In this document: in pieces, positions 26,503-36,790 of the stretch
How the letters are laid out: every line of letters begins with the position of its first letter
Numbering within the stretch: the stretch's first letter is position 1
Assembly (NCBI GenBank): GCA_944324435.1
Contig: CALUWH010000006.1
Coordinates: forward strand, 166 to 64,165
Length of the DNA: 64,000 nt
Direction of reading: 5' to 3'
Source of the DNA: Candidatus Gastranaerophilales bacterium
Lineage (GTDB): Bacteria; Cyanobacteriota; Vampirovibrionia; Gastranaerophilales; Gastranaerophilaceae
The notes under the pieces: model-generated
What the model saw: only the letters and a program-made list of their open reading frames with translations
Told to the model about the DNA's origin: nothing
The model's database searches: none
Program-made: the position numbers and the translations under genes

Positions 26503-27177
26503 ATGAAAATGCGCAATTATATGAAGAAAAAAGAAGAGCTTGGAAACACATTAGATATGTATGCAGATGACTTGCAAGAAAAGTTTGTGAAAAAGAACAG
26601 AATTGTTCTTAGAAAGCGAACTAAGGTTATTCTTGCTCTCTGTTGCATAACTCCACTGTTTTGCGTTTCTTTAGGCTTTAACAAACAAGGGTTAATTCCT
26701 GCGGAAGAGATTAGTGACAGCTCGCTGAGTCTGGTTTCAGCTCCCTTAGCAGCAACCTCAGTAAAAAAAGATTTGATTTCTATTCCGTCAGGTACTGTGA
26801 AAGCAAATCCGTTTTTACCGTATAGGGATATCGGAGATACGTCGGTAAGCGATGTGCCATCGTTTGATATTGTTGAGCCGCCGGAAGTTATTACTGAAGG
26901 CTCAGAGGCTGCAAGAGTAATGGATACTATTGTCAGCGGTATTCTGTACGATAAATATAGTCCTTCAGCTATTTTAAATATAGAAGGCAATGATTATTTA
27001 GTAAAGAAGGGTGATACCGTTAATAATTATAAAGTTCTGAATATTATGCAGGATGGAGTTACGGTTAAGCTTGGTGATAACGTATACAAAGCCGGAATCG
27101 GCGAAATTTTAACCGAAGGGTCAGTAACACATAATGACGTTTCAAATTTAAGTAATAAATTCGGAGGGAAAAAGTGA
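26503..27177 (+). CDS. Pilus assembly accessory protein (PilP/GspC-like, TM anchor plus C-terminal beta domain)
   Basis: TM segment VILALCCITPLFCV. The C-terminal AILNIEGNDYLVKKGDTVNNYKVLNIMQDGVTVKLG resembles PilP. Its stop overlaps the secretin gene start. Confidence 0.4.
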   Translation: MKMRNYMKKKEELGNTLDMYADDLQEKFVKKNRIVLRKRTKVILALCCITPLFCVSLGFNKQGLIPAEEISDSSLSLVSAPLAATSVKKDLISIPSGTVKANPFLPYRDIGDTSVSDVPSFDIVEPPEVITEGSEAARVMDTIVSGILYDKYSPSAILNIEGNDYLVKKGDTVNNYKVLNIMQDGVTVKLGDNVYKAGIGEILTEGSVTHNDVSNLSNKFGGKK

Positions 27178-29069
27178 TGAAGTATAATCATATACAGAGA
27201 TTTTTATCAGCTGCGTTGTTATTAGCATTTACTGCGCCCACAAGTTTTGCGGTTTCAACGTTTGATGAGGTTTTGCAACCGTCAGCGCCATACAAAGATT
27301 CAATGGTACTGTCTGCTGATGTAAAGCTTACTGATAAAAATGATAAAATTAATTTAAGCTTACGAAATTCTGATGTAAAACAGGTTTTAAGAATGTTTGC
27401 AGATAAAGTAGGCATGAACATTGTATTTCATTCATCAGTTGAAGGAAATGTAACTCTTGATTTAGTTGATATGCCTGTAAATGATGCATTTAATCTTGTA
27501 TTGCAGATTGCAGGATTAAATTATTATAAACAGGATAATACTATTATTGTTTTAGGTAAAGATGCTGCAGATAACGCAACATTTTCCAAGCAGGAAATGA
27601 TGGTTTTCCCTGTAAATTATGTAAGTGCAGCAAAGATTGCAGACTTTTTGAATAAAAATGTCTTTGGCATGAAAAAAGCAGGGCTTTCGAGTGTTGATGC
27701 TGCAACGGTTAATACGGCAACGAATGAAATTATTGTATTTGGTATGCAGTCGGATGCCGCCATCGTAAAAAAGGTTATAGAACAGCTTGACAGAGAACCA
27801 TTAACAAAAACATTTACTGTAAATCATACAACACCTGCTGAAATGGCAGATATGATATGTAATATGCTGCTCCCATCCAGAGGGTCTGTTAACGGCGGCC
27901 CATCCGCAGGGGGCGGTGGAGGTGTTGCAGCACCCAGAACCGGCATGATTGGCGGTGCGGCCGGTATAATGACAGGTGGTGCGGCAAGCTCCAGCGGAAC
28001 AAGTGACTTAAAACTCGGAGAAGGTGTTGTTGCTTGTACAATTTCTCCTTCTGCGGCCGGAACGGCAGCATCTCCGTTTGATGTACAAAATCTTTCTATA
28101 ACGTACTTCCCTCAGAGAGGTACTATAACAATGCTTGGCGGTTCAGAAGCCCAGCTGAATATGGTTGAAAATTTTATTAAAAATAACGATATAAAACAAC
28201 CTCAAGCATATTTAGAGATTTCAATAGTTGAACTCAATGAACAGGGCAGTAAAGAATTTTCTAATAATTGGTCTGTCCAAAGTAATGCCTGGGGTGTACG
28301 CTTCTCCGGCGGACGTGTAAGCGGCGGAAGAGAAGCTTCTCCTGAGCCGAGATGGTTTGATTATACTTATAAAAAGTATGTTGACGGTCAATGGAATGAT
28401 GACGGAACTTATACACCGCCGCAATGGATTACTGTTGACGGACAAAAACAAGATGTATACGGCAATGGTTCTTATATTTCATGGACAATGAATTATTTAA
28501 TAGAAAACCAAAAGGGGCGTGTTCTTGCAAACCCGAAATTATTGATTACAAACGGTCAGGAATCTGTTATTGACTTGACTCAAGATTATATTGAAAAAGT
28601 AACGTCCGAGTTCTTGTCCTCATCAAGTAACGGTGTAGGAGCAACCGGTACGGTTCAAAAAACCTATACAATAGGTGAAGATCAGGGTATTAAGGTATCC
28701 TTGACACCGTTTATCTCACCTGACGGCTATGTTACATTAAATATAGCTCCAGAGTATTCAACCATTGCTGGTCAGGCAACTACTACGGGCGAAACCGGTG
28801 AAAGAGAAATCGCTGCAACACTTTTGAGCAGAAGAAATCTTGACCTTAAAAATGTCAGAATAAAAGACGGTGAAACATTGATTATTGCCGGTTTGATTCA
28901 GGAAAATGAAAATAAAACGGTTCAGAAAATTCCTGTGTTAGGTGATTTGCCGATAATAGGCTCTGTGTTTAGATCAACAACTACATCTAAAACAAAGAGT
29001 GAGCTTGTAATTATGCTCACCCCAAGAATTATTAACGATGACGAAGGTATTGTAGCGGATAATTTGTAA
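27174..29069 (+). CDS. pilQ: Secretin (PilQ/GspD family)
   Basis: Signal peptide, a secretin N-domain (VKQVLRMFADKVGMNIVF...VTLDLVDMPVNDAFNLVLQ) and a C-terminal IPVLGDLPIIGSVFRS block. Confidence 0.85.
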   Translation: MMKYNHIQRFLSAALLLAFTAPTSFAVSTFDEVLQPSAPYKDSMVLSADVKLTDKNDKINLSLRNSDVKQVLRMFADKVGMNIVFHSSVEGNVTLDLVDMPVNDAFNLVLQIAGLNYYKQDNTIIVLGKDAADNATFSKQEMMVFPVNYVSAAKIADFLNKNVFGMKKAGLSSVDAATVNTATNEIIVFGMQSDAAIVKKVIEQLDREPLTKTFTVNHTTPAEMADMICNMLLPSRGSVNGGPSAGGGGGVAAPRTGMIGGAAGIMTGGAASSSGTSDLKLGEGVVACTISPSAAGTAASPFDVQNLSITYFPQRGTITMLGGSEAQLNMVENFIKNNDIKQPQAYLEISIVELNEQGSKEFSNNWSVQSNAWGVRFSGGRVSGGREASPEPRWFDYTYKKYVDGQWNDDGTYTPPQWITVDGQKQDVYGNGSYISWTMNYLIENQKGRVLANPKLLITNGQESVIDLTQDYIEKVTSEFLSSSSNGVGATGTVQKTYTIGEDQGIKVSLTPFISPDGYVTLNIAPEYSTIAGQATTTGETGEREIAATLLSRRNLDLKNVRIKDGETLIIAGLIQENENKTVQKIPVLGDLPIIGSVFRSTTTSKTKSELVIMLTPRIINDDEGIVADNL

Positions 29070-29072
29070 TTT

Positions 29073-31142
29073 ATGTCTAATCAACTGGAAAAACTCAAAA
29101 ATAGCATAAGACAAGAATATTTGAAAAACTTTGAATTAAACCTGATGAAGTCATCAGGTTTTATTCCAGTTGATAAAAGAAAAGACGAGTTTTTTATTAT
29201 TCTTAATAAGGATTGTGCTGCAAATAAGAGTAATATTGAACAAATTATAAAGGAAAAATTCAATGGACTCACCCCTAAATTTATTCAGATTCCCTCTGGG
29301 GATTTTGAAAAAGTTTTTGAGTCGATAAGCAACGTTCAGGCTTCTTCCGTGCAAAGCGGGAACAATAACACTGCTCCGGCTGCAGCAGAGGCAGAAACAA
29401 AAAATGCTGAACTATCTGCAGAAGAAATGCTCGTAAGTATCGGATGGTTAACACAGGAACAATTGAACGAATGTTCGCAACTGGCACATGATAAAAAAGT
29501 TCCTCTTGATGCAATATTCCACGAAAAAGATTACCTGTCTTATGATAGAATAGTTTCGTATTTAAAGAAAAAATACAATTGCAATGTTATTTCAAAATCC
29601 AATATTATAGTTGACAAGAAGATTTTAAAGCTTCTGCCAGATGATTTTGTCGAGAAAAAACGCACAATAATCATGTCTATGGAAGCCAATAAACTTGCAG
29701 TTGCAATGGTTAATCCGGATGACAAATATACAATAAGAGAAATTTCTCTGTCGACGGGACGTTCGCTCAATGTGTATTGTATACCTTATTTTGAATACGA
29801 AATGTATTTGAAAGAATATTTCTTGCAGAAAAAAAGCGAACAGGCCGCAAAAGAAACTGAAAGAATTATTCAAAGTATTGAAGAAGAGGCGGCTCAATTT
29901 AATAATGAAGAGTCTTTGTGGGCACAAGTAGAAAAAGAACTGCAAGACGCAAGCGGTAATGTTGCAAAGTTTGTATACAAAATTATTACGGATGCAATTG
30001 ATGCAAAAGCTTCCGATATTCATATTGAGCCTCGTCTTGGCTATTATGTTGTAAGGCTTCGTTCTGATGGTATTTTGAAAAAAGTTCTGGAAATCCCGGG
30101 CAGTATTGAACAGGCTGTAATAACTCGTTTTAAAGTTCTTGCAAGGATGAATATTGCAGAACACAGGCGTCCGCAGGACGGTACGTTCTCTATTAAGTAT
30201 AATGACAGAATGTATGATTTTCGTATTAATACACTGCCTGTTTCCGGAAAGGAAAAAGTTGTAATCCGTATTTTGGCACCTGCGGTGAGCTTGAAAGCTT
30301 CTGGAGATCAAATGGTTATTGCAGGCGCTGATGAGTCTGATATTCAAAAAATTCATGACATGGTTCAATCTCCTAATGGCATCATTTTGACATCAGGTCC
30401 TACTGGTTCAGGTAAAACGACAACTCTTTATACTATTCTTAAAGCTTTAAATAAAGAAGACGTCAATATTACTACAATTGAGGATCCTATTGAAATTAAG
30501 CTTGAGGGAATCAACCAATCACAGGTAAACCCTAAAGCAGACATTACATTTGCTTCCTGTATGAGAGCTATTTTAAGACAGGACCCTGATATCATTCTTA
30601 TTGGTGAAATCCGTGACTTTGAAACATTAGAAGTCGCAATCTCTGCAGCGTTAACAGGTCACCTTGTATTAAGCACCGTTCACACAAACTCTGCAGCTGC
30701 AACAGTTACCCGTTTGATTGAAATGGGTGCGAAAGATTATTTGGTATCTTCAACATTAACCGGTGTTATAGCTCAGCGTCTTGTAAGAAGACTTTGCGAC
30801 AACTGTAAAGAAGGATATTTCCCGACAGAAGAGGAAGTAAAACATATTACAACAAGTCCTGAAATGCAGCAGGAGCTTTTGAAAACAAAATTATACAGAA
30901 AAAAAGGCTGTAAGGATTGTGGGTATTTAGGTTATACAGGCCGTTTAGGTATTTATGAAGTTATGCCTATAACAAGAGAAATTAAGAAATTAATTGCACA
31001 AGGTGCACATGATATTGAAATAGAAGAAGCTGCAGTTGCTGCAGGTATGAAAACCCTTAAGTATTCTTGCCTTAATCATATAATAGAAGGCGTTACGACA
31101 ACCAGTGAATTTATAAGGGTATTGGGTTACGCTAATGAATAA
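29073..31142 (+). CDS. pilB: Type IV pilus / T2SS assembly ATPase (PilB/GspE family)
   Basis: Walker A SGPTGSGKTTTLY, Asp/His boxes, a tetracysteine CDNC...CKDCGYLGYTGR and GIYEVM. Confidence 0.9.
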   Translation: MSNQLEKLKNSIRQEYLKNFELNLMKSSGFIPVDKRKDEFFIILNKDCAANKSNIEQIIKEKFNGLTPKFIQIPSGDFEKVFESISNVQASSVQSGNNNTAPAAAEAETKNAELSAEEMLVSIGWLTQEQLNECSQLAHDKKVPLDAIFHEKDYLSYDRIVSYLKKKYNCNVISKSNIIVDKKILKLLPDDFVEKKRTIIMSMEANKLAVAMVNPDDKYTIREISLSTGRSLNVYCIPYFEYEMYLKEYFLQKKSEQAAKETERIIQSIEEEAAQFNNEESLWAQVEKELQDASGNVAKFVYKIITDAIDAKASDIHIEPRLGYYVVRLRSDGILKKVLEIPGSIEQAVITRFKVLARMNIAEHRRPQDGTFSIKYNDRMYDFRINTLPVSGKEKVVIRILAPAVSLKASGDQMVIAGADESDIQKIHDMVQSPNGIILTSGPTGSGKTTTLYTILKALNKEDVNITTIEDPIEIKLEGINQSQVNPKADITFASCMRAILRQDPDIILIGEIRDFETLEVAISAALTGHLVLSTVHTNSAAATVTRLIEMGAKDYLVSSTLTGVIAQRLVRRLCDNCKEGYFPTEEEVKHITTSPEMQQELLKTKLYRKKGCKDCGYLGYTGRLGIYEVMPITREIKKLIAQGAHDIEIEEAAVAAGMKTLKYSCLNHIIEGVTTTSEFIRVLGYANE

Positions 31143-31158
31143 ATAAGAAGAGGTTTAT

Positions 31159-32358
31159 ATGCCAATATACAGTTATACAGCACTGAAAAAAGGAAAGGAA
31201 GTTGTAAGGGGAGAAATAACTGCCTCTGATTTGAAGGATGCAAGAGAAGTTATTCGTAAAATGGGCTTGGTTCCTACAAAAATCAGCGAATACAGTGATA
31301 CGAAACAAAAAAAAGCTGCGTATATAGCTTCGTTGTCATTAAGCGAAAAGATAGACTTTTTATCAACGCTTCAAATTCTTCTTTCATCCGGTATCCCTGC
31401 TGTTGAGTCTTTAATGTTTATGGAGCAGGAAGCGGCGAAAGCAAAGATTAGAAACATGTCGAAAATTCTAAAAACACAGATTATGGCAGGTTCAACTTTT
31501 GCTGATACTCTGGCACGTTATCCTCAAGTCTTCGGGTACATATTTATTGGTTTGATAAAAGCAGGTGAAGAGGCCGGTGAATTGGAAAAAACATTAGGCC
31601 GTATGAAAGACTTGCTTCAAAAGCAGGCAAATATTAAGGGAAAAGTTATCGGGACATTAATGTATCCTGCGTTCGTAGTTGTATTGGCTTTTTGTATTAC
31701 CTTAGTAATGTTATTGTTCGTATTTCCGACATTTAAAGAAATGTTTGAATCGCAGGAAAAGGCACTGCCGCTTATTACATCATTAATGATTAATGCCGGA
31801 GATTATTTAAAAACTTACTGGTTTACTATACCTATATTTATTGTTTTTGTTATAGTATTTTGTTTTGTTATGGTAAACTGGCAGCCGGCAAGAAATATAT
31901 TGGACAGGTTTGTGTTAAAAGTGCCTTTGTTTAACAATTTGATATTATACGCAAATTATTCAAATTTTTTGTCTGTATTGAGCGTATCCTATGATGCAGG
32001 TATTCCGATTGTAGATTGTCTCCATCTGGGAGTTGTAACATTAACCAATTCCGTTTTAAGAAACAAAATGAGCGGAGCTATTGTAAAGGTTCAGCAAGGT
32101 ATGCAGGTATCGCAAGCTTTGCGTTCGACAAAGGTTGTTCCACGAATGCTGTTGTTTATGATTGCAACAGGTGAGCAGTCAGGTCGCCTGGGCGATATGC
32201 TTGAAAAAGGGGTAAATTTCCTTGATAAAACTCTTGACAGCATTATTGATACAATGACTAAGATGATTGAGCCTATAATGCTTCTTGTAATCGGTAGTAT
32301 TGTATTAGTAATGGCTCTGGCGCTATATCTGCCTCTATTCCAGTCCTACATGAGCTAA
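31159..32358 (+). CDS. pilC: Type IV pilus / T2SS platform protein (PilC/GspF family)
   Basis: Two GspF-type repeats, three TM regions, and a position directly after pilB. Confidence 0.85.
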   Translation: MPIYSYTALKKGKEVVRGEITASDLKDAREVIRKMGLVPTKISEYSDTKQKKAAYIASLSLSEKIDFLSTLQILLSSGIPAVESLMFMEQEAAKAKIRNMSKILKTQIMAGSTFADTLARYPQVFGYIFIGLIKAGEEAGELEKTLGRMKDLLQKQANIKGKVIGTLMYPAFVVVLAFCITLVMLLFVFPTFKEMFESQEKALPLITSLMINAGDYLKTYWFTIPIFIVFVIVFCFVMVNWQPARNILDRFVLKVPLFNNLILYANYSNFLSVLSVSYDAGIPIVDCLHLGVVTLTNSVLRNKMSGAIVKVQQGMQVSQALRSTKVVPRMLLFMIATGEQSGRLGDMLEKGVNFLDKTLDSIIDTMTKMIEPIMLLVIGSIVLVMALALYLPLFQSYMS

Positions 32359-32453
32359 TGAGTGGTAAAAGGGGTAAATATTATAAAAATGTAAATATTT
32401 ATCCGGTCAAATTCCCACAGTAAACGATAATCAAAAAGAGTGAGAAAATATAG

Positions 32454-32735
32454 ATGGAAAACAACGAAATTTTAGAATTAACAACATCTTCTTGGAGAGA
32501 AAAGGTTTATATAGAAACCGTTGAGTATATAATCAGAGGGTATGTTTTTATGCCTAAGATTGGTAAAAAGAGCAGATTGTTGTCTGAGATATTAAATACT
32601 AATAAACAGTTTATTGCGGTAAAGAATTGTACTATAGAGTCAAAACTGAATCCGCAGCGAGAAGTAGAAGAACACGAGTTTTTGCAGGTAAATATTTCTA
32701 CAATACTTTTGATGAGACCGTTGTATGAAGACTAA
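32454..32735 (+). CDS. Small hypothetical protein (93 aa)
   Basis: ORF with coding-like composition that overlaps the SDR gene start. No recognised family. Confidence 0.4.
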   Translation: MENNEILELTTSSWREKVYIETVEYIIRGYVFMPKIGKKSRLLSEILNTNKQFIAVKNCTIESKLNPQREVEEHEFLQVNISTILLMRPLYED

Positions 32736-33546
32736 GACTTATGTGATAACGGGCTCTGCCTCAGGTATAGGGAGAGCACTGCTTGAAAGACTTGCACCCG
32801 AGAATGTAATATTTGCAGGTTATAGGAATAAAGAGCATTTAGCAATGCTGGAGAAGATTTCTCCGAACATTTATCCATTTTATATAGACTACTCCAAGCC
32901 TGAAACAATACACCTGGCTGCGGATTATTTGCTGTCAAAGTGTACAAAGGTTGACTCTTTGGTTAATATAGCAGGCTGTGTCGTGGCAGGGCCTGTTGAA
33001 AAAATTGACATGAACGAGATTAGAAGGCAGTTTGATGTTAATGTGTTCGGTCATCTTGAACTCACTCAATTTTTGGCTGAAATTTTGAACGGTGGGAGGA
33101 TTATTAATATAAGTTCAATGGCGAGTTTTGGAATCTTTCCTTTTATATCTCCATATTGCGCTTCAAAGAAATGTCTTGATATGTTTTTCAACTCATTCCT
33201 TATAGAAAACAAGCGTAATATAAAGGTTATTTCGATAAAACCGGGAGTTATTGTGACGCCTCTATGGGGAAAATCTGTTGATGAGAACTCCAAAAATCTT
33301 GATAAATGTGTCGGGTACGAGGCAGAAATGCGATTTTTAATTAAAAATGCTCAAAAAAATTCAAAAGAGGGTTTGAGTGTTGAAAAGGTTGTTGACGTTA
33401 TAGTTAAAGCTGATAGGGCAAAGAATCCTAAGCTTTCATATACGGTCGGCAAAGACGCCTTTTGGGCATCTCTGATATCAAAGCTTCCGCAAGGATTGAT
33501 TAATAAACTGATTAAATTCGGTTTAAAGGCTCGAGTTAAGGGATAA
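32725..33546 (+). CDS. Short-chain dehydrogenase/reductase (SDR)
   Basis: Motifs VITGSASGIGRAL (TGxxxGxG), NIAG and YCASKK (YxxxK). Confidence 0.85.
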   Translation: MKTKTYVITGSASGIGRALLERLAPENVIFAGYRNKEHLAMLEKISPNIYPFYIDYSKPETIHLAADYLLSKCTKVDSLVNIAGCVVAGPVEKIDMNEIRRQFDVNVFGHLELTQFLAEILNGGRIINISSMASFGIFPFISPYCASKKCLDMFFNSFLIENKRNIKVISIKPGVIVTPLWGKSVDENSKNLDKCVGYEAEMRFLIKNAQKNSKEGLSVEKVVDVIVKADRAKNPKLSYTVGKDAFWASLISKLPQGLINKLIKFGLKARVKG

Positions 33547-33686
33547 AAAAAAGACCTTGTGTATTTGTAACCAAGGCCTGTCCGTTTAAATAAGAAGAGA
33601 GAGCTTTATATCTTTATAAAAAATGGTGAAAATTTTTTTTGCTAGTTTGGTGTCAAATTTGTTACAAAACTTAATATTTGGCTTTG

Positions 33687-34032
33687 GGTGAATTCAAGAA
33701 GCAATCGCAACGCTATGAAGTTAGTTTAGAAGTTGAGAGGTTGAGGAGAAGTTTTAGGGTTGATAAGTTGAATAGTTGAAAAGTTGAAAAGTAGTTTTAG
33801 GGTTTAGAGGTTGAGTAGTTTATAAGTTTAGAAGAAGTTATAAAGGGTTGATAAGTTGAGTAGTTGAGAAGTTGAGGCGAAGTTAAAAATCTATTCACTA
33901 AACACTTATTCACTTAGTCACCTGATCACCTGATCACTTGATCACTTTAAACACGCTCACTTCACCCCTCACTCTTCACGCTTTGGTTTATGAGTCCCGT
34001 AGGATGTGCTAAATCTCTTATTTACCGTATCG
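33687..34032 (-). repeat. Composite short-tandem-repeat element, copy B (reverse orientation; M5-linker-M3-M2-M1-M0)
   Basis: gtttagaagttgagaggttgagg...aaaaatctattcact...cacctgatcacctgatcacttgatcac...cacttcacccctcactcttcacg...cccgtaggatg. Confidence 0.9.
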
Positions 34033-34145
34033 AAAAGGTGTTTCAGTAATTGAAGACTAATAAAACCTGCAAGTTGCTTTTGTTTGGGGACAGTTTAACA
34101 GAAAACATCCCACGAATTAATCACTTTTGTGCTATGATTTGAATT

Positions 34146-35792
34146 ATGTTAAAAACCAAATTAAAAATATTTGCAGGGGATATTTTAGGTGGGCTTAATT
34201 CCGCAATAGTTGCGCTTCCTCAGGCCTTAGCCTTCGGTGTTGCAACAGGATTCGGCGCATCTGCAGGCGTATGGGGTGCAATAATACTTTGTTTTATTGC
34301 AGGACTTATCGGGGGCAAAGTGCCTCTTGTATCTGGAATTACAGGGCCGGTTACAATAGTTATCGCATCAATTATGCACGCTCTTAATGCGGATATTGCA
34401 TCAACCATTCTTGTTATTCTTATGGCAGGGCTGCTGCAGATAATACTTGCATTTACTTCGCTGCCATCCATAGTCAAATATGTTCCATATCCGGTTATTT
34501 CAGGATTTATGAACGGTATCGGAACTATTATAATTATTATGCAGATAAATCCGCTCCTCGGATGCCCTGTTATGTCAAATACTATTAACAGTGTTACTGC
34601 TTTTTTTGAGAATATTCATCATATTAACTTTGATGCGCTTTTGATTGGAGGTATAACTCTTGCAATTGTGTTTGGGATTCCGAAAAAATTCAATAAAATT
34701 ATTCCGGGACAGGCAATCGCACTCGTTATATGTACAATAATTTCCATAAAAATGGGGCTGAATGTCGATAAGATTTCTCAAATCTCAATAAACATGCCGG
34801 CTCTGACTTTGCCAAAAGCCAGTATTCATAATATTATAACCTATTCCCACTACGCGGTAATGCTTGCGATTGTGCTTTCAGCAGAAAGCTTACTTACGGT
34901 TCTTGTCGCAGATTCTTTGATGAAAACAAAAACTACTTCCAAGGGAATGCTTCTCGGGCAAGGTATCGGGAATATGTTTTGTGCACTAACCGGCTCGCTT
35001 CCGGGCTCAGCCGCCACTATGAGAACTGTTGCTGCAATTAATACAGGCTCAACAACAAGGCTCACAGCTGTAATAAATCCGATAATTCTAATACTCTTAT
35101 TATTTCAATTTTCAAACTTTGTATCAGAAATCCCACTTGCGGTCCTTGCCGGAATTCTTATTAAAATCGGGTATGACATTATTGATGTAAAACTCTTAAA
35201 AGTTATCAAATACGCCCCGAAAGATGATTTGTATATTCTTGCAATTGTATTTGTCCTTACGGTATTCTACAATCTTATCGTCGCAGTCGGCGCCGGCATA
35301 ACCTGCGCGGCTTTACTTTATGCCAAAAGAACAGCTGATCAAACAAAACTCGTACAGAAAACCGTCTATGATAAAGACATTGTAAAGCTTGAAAAATTGC
35401 TTGAAAAAGATTACAAACACAAAATTCGTGTAGTGCATATTGACGGACAATTCTTTTTTGGCTCTGCAACCCAGCTGGTTTCGCAATTTGAAGAAGTGTG
35501 GGGGACAAAATATCTTATCCTTGACTACTCTTCCAACAACCTTCTTGATATCTCGGCTCTGTTTGCTCTGGAAGACATTATCATAAGGCTGAAAGCACAA
35601 AAGATTAAAATTATTCTTGTAATCAAATCCGAAGAAATATACAAACAGCTTACCGAACACGACATAATCGCGCAAATCGGCGAAGATAAAGTTTTCTACA
35701 CAGAACTTGAAGCGATTGATTTTGCAAAATCCTGTTTAAAAAGCAAAGTCAAAAAGCACCATTTCTGGGAAAGAACTAAAGATAACACTTAG
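34146..35792 (+). CDS. SulP family anion transporter with a C-terminal STAS domain
   Basis: Multi-TM Sulfate_transp-like N-terminal region plus a STAS-like VVHIDGQFFFGSATQLVSQFE. Confidence 0.85.
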   Translation: MLKTKLKIFAGDILGGLNSAIVALPQALAFGVATGFGASAGVWGAIILCFIAGLIGGKVPLVSGITGPVTIVIASIMHALNADIASTILVILMAGLLQIILAFTSLPSIVKYVPYPVISGFMNGIGTIIIIMQINPLLGCPVMSNTINSVTAFFENIHHINFDALLIGGITLAIVFGIPKKFNKIIPGQAIALVICTIISIKMGLNVDKISQISINMPALTLPKASIHNIITYSHYAVMLAIVLSAESLLTVLVADSLMKTKTTSKGMLLGQGIGNMFCALTGSLPGSAATMRTVAAINTGSTTRLTAVINPIILILLLFQFSNFVSEIPLAVLAGILIKIGYDIIDVKLLKVIKYAPKDDLYILAIVFVLTVFYNLIVAVGAGITCAALLYAKRTADQTKLVQKTVYDKDIVKLEKLLEKDYKHKIRVVHIDGQFFFGSATQLVSQFEEVWGTKYLILDYSSNNLLDISALFALEDIIIRLKAQKIKIILVIKSEEIYKQLTEHDIIAQIGEDKVFYTELEAIDFAKSCLKSKVKKHHFWERTKDNT

Positions 35793-35928
35793 GCTCCTGC
35801 CCTTCAACACCGGCAAAAAGTTCTACACGTTGTTTGGCTGGACTTGATTCAATCTTAGAGGTCTTAAACTCAAAGAAGCCTGCAATAAGAAGCAGGCCTC
35901 TCTATAAAAAATTTTATAAAACACATTA

Positions 35929-36363
35929 CTATTTTGTAGTCGTCATAGTACATACGGAGCTGTCTTGCAAGTATTTGTTCCATACCTTAACAACAGGATT
36001 GTCCTGAACTGCAGACAGTTTTGATGTATCAATATCTTCTTTTGAATATTTCTGTACAACCTCATAAGCAGCCATTACAGAGACCAACTCATCAATCTGA
36101 GATTTTGCCAACTTACAGGTCAAGCAGGTATTCATGCCTGAGAAACTGATTTTCTCTTGATAAACACATTTATCATTTTCCCAGCCTAAAATCTTCTTTG
36201 TAGAAGTAACATTCATCCCCTCAGTAGTAAAATTGCCGCTTTCCTCATAAGAAGTTGAGCAAGTTTTTAGGGCATTTACAAAGTTTGATGAAATGGCTTC
36301 TTCCGCAATAACAAGCGAACATCCAACAACCAGCGCTAATCCGAAAATTAAATATTTTTTCAC
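35929..36363 (-). CDS. Hypothetical lipoprotein
   Basis: Signal peptide with lipobox LVVGC. It is co-oriented 13 nt after atpC. Confidence 0.55.
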   Translation of the reverse strand: MKKYLIFGLALVVGCSLVIAEEAISSNFVNALKTCSTSYEESGNFTTEGMNVTSTKKILGWENDKCVYQEKISFSGMNTCLTCKLAKSQIDELVSVMAAYEVVQKYSKEDIDTSKLSAVQDNPVVKVWNKYLQDSSVCTMTTTK

Positions 36364-36376
36364 AAAAACCGTCCTT

Positions 36377-36769
36377 TTATTTAGCCAAAGCTGCTTTTAA
36401 TCTGGCTAAAGATCTTGCAAGAGCAGCTTGAGCTCTATCCGCATCAATTTTTGCGCTGGCATCAGCAAGTCTCTGTTCAGCTCTATTTTTTGCTGCATTA
36501 GCTCTTGTCACATCAATATCGCATCCGTCTTCGCAAACATCAGTAAGAATAGTAGCTTCATTATTCTTAAACTGAAAAATTCCGCCCATTGTTGCAAAAT
36601 ACTTATTCGTCTCTCCCATACGAACTTTAGTTACACCTATTTCTAAGGCAGTTGTTATCGGAATATGGTCTTTTAATACACCAATCTGACCGCCTTTTGT
36701 TTGAAGAACGAGCTCATCAACCTCGCCTTCAAAAACTATTCTCTCGTGGGTTATGATTTTTAGTTTCAT
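36377..36769 (-). CDS. atpC: F0F1 ATP synthase subunit epsilon
   Basis: MKLKIITHERIVFEGEVDELVLQTKGGQIGVLKDHIP is typical, and the gene lies downstream of atpD. Confidence 0.9.
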   Translation of the reverse strand: MKLKIITHERIVFEGEVDELVLQTKGGQIGVLKDHIPITTALEIGVTKVRMGETNKYFATMGGIFQFKNNEATILTDVCEDGCDIDVTRANAAKNRAEQRLADASAKIDADRAQAALARSLARLKAALAK

Positions 36770-36790
36770 TCTAAACCTCTTAAAATATAT

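Noticed and set aside
29625-30368. 247-aa ORF antisense to pilB.
   Set aside because: It is fully embedded opposite a strongly conserved ATPase gene. The peptide is Cys/Phe/Asn-rich and low-complexity with no recognisable motif. This is typical of a shadow ORF in AT-rich DNA.
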